This document shows, piece after piece, positions 36,414-36,449 of a stretch of 36,449 nt of DNA. The stretch's first letter is position 1; every line of letters starts with the position of its first letter. Under the pieces are notes generated by a model that was not told where the DNA came from, ran no database searches, and saw only the letters and a list, made by a program, of their open reading frames with translations. Source of the stretch: Bigelowiella natans CCMP2755 (taxonomy: Eukaryota > Protista > Cercozoa). The DNA lies in contig ADNK01000319.1 of the NCBI GenBank assembly GCA_000320545.1, positions 1-36,449 of the forward strand, in the 5' to 3' direction. A program made the position numbers and the translations under genes.

Positions 36414-36449
36414 AGAGGAGGAGGAGGAGGAGGAGGAGGAGGAGGAGGA
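36414..36449. repeat. (GGA)n microsatellite, intronic, running to the window end
   Basis: Direct reading of the sequence. Confidence 0.9.

Overview
Gene-dense, intron-rich eukaryotic DNA, most likely from the nucleus of an alga with a secondary plastid. Bipartite signal + transit peptides and microsatellite-filled introns suggest a chlorarachniophyte-like organism, but this is inference. By manual splicing I reconstruct 11 protein genes: (1) the 3' part of a coiled-coil protein; (2) a secreted Cys-containing protein; (3) an ABHD17-like alpha/beta hydrolase with an inserted WW-like module; (4) a divergent PI3K/PI4K-family kinase of about 20 exons; (5) a tail-anchored coiled-coil protein; (6) a thylakoid-lumen TPR protein; (7) an MFSD4-like MFS transporter; (8) a 7TM gustatory-receptor-like channel; (9) a nucleolar-type RRM protein with an N-terminal hydrophobic segment; (10) a small STI1/DP-domain protein with signal peptide and RLRGG motif; (11) a plastid-targeted SpoU/TrmH RNA methyltransferase, 3' partial. 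A degenerate transposase-like relic lies at about 8.1-9.5 kb. The most unusual signal is a context-specific loss of TpA dinucleotides. In the relic, TA is almost absent and survives only as CTA/TAG, CpG is largely kept, and Tyr codons appear converted to Cys/His. Weaker versions of this signature recur downstream of gene 3' ends. It looks like a targeted T:A->C:G hypermutation, opposite in direction to fungal RIP. All gene models and counts are manual; no searches were run.
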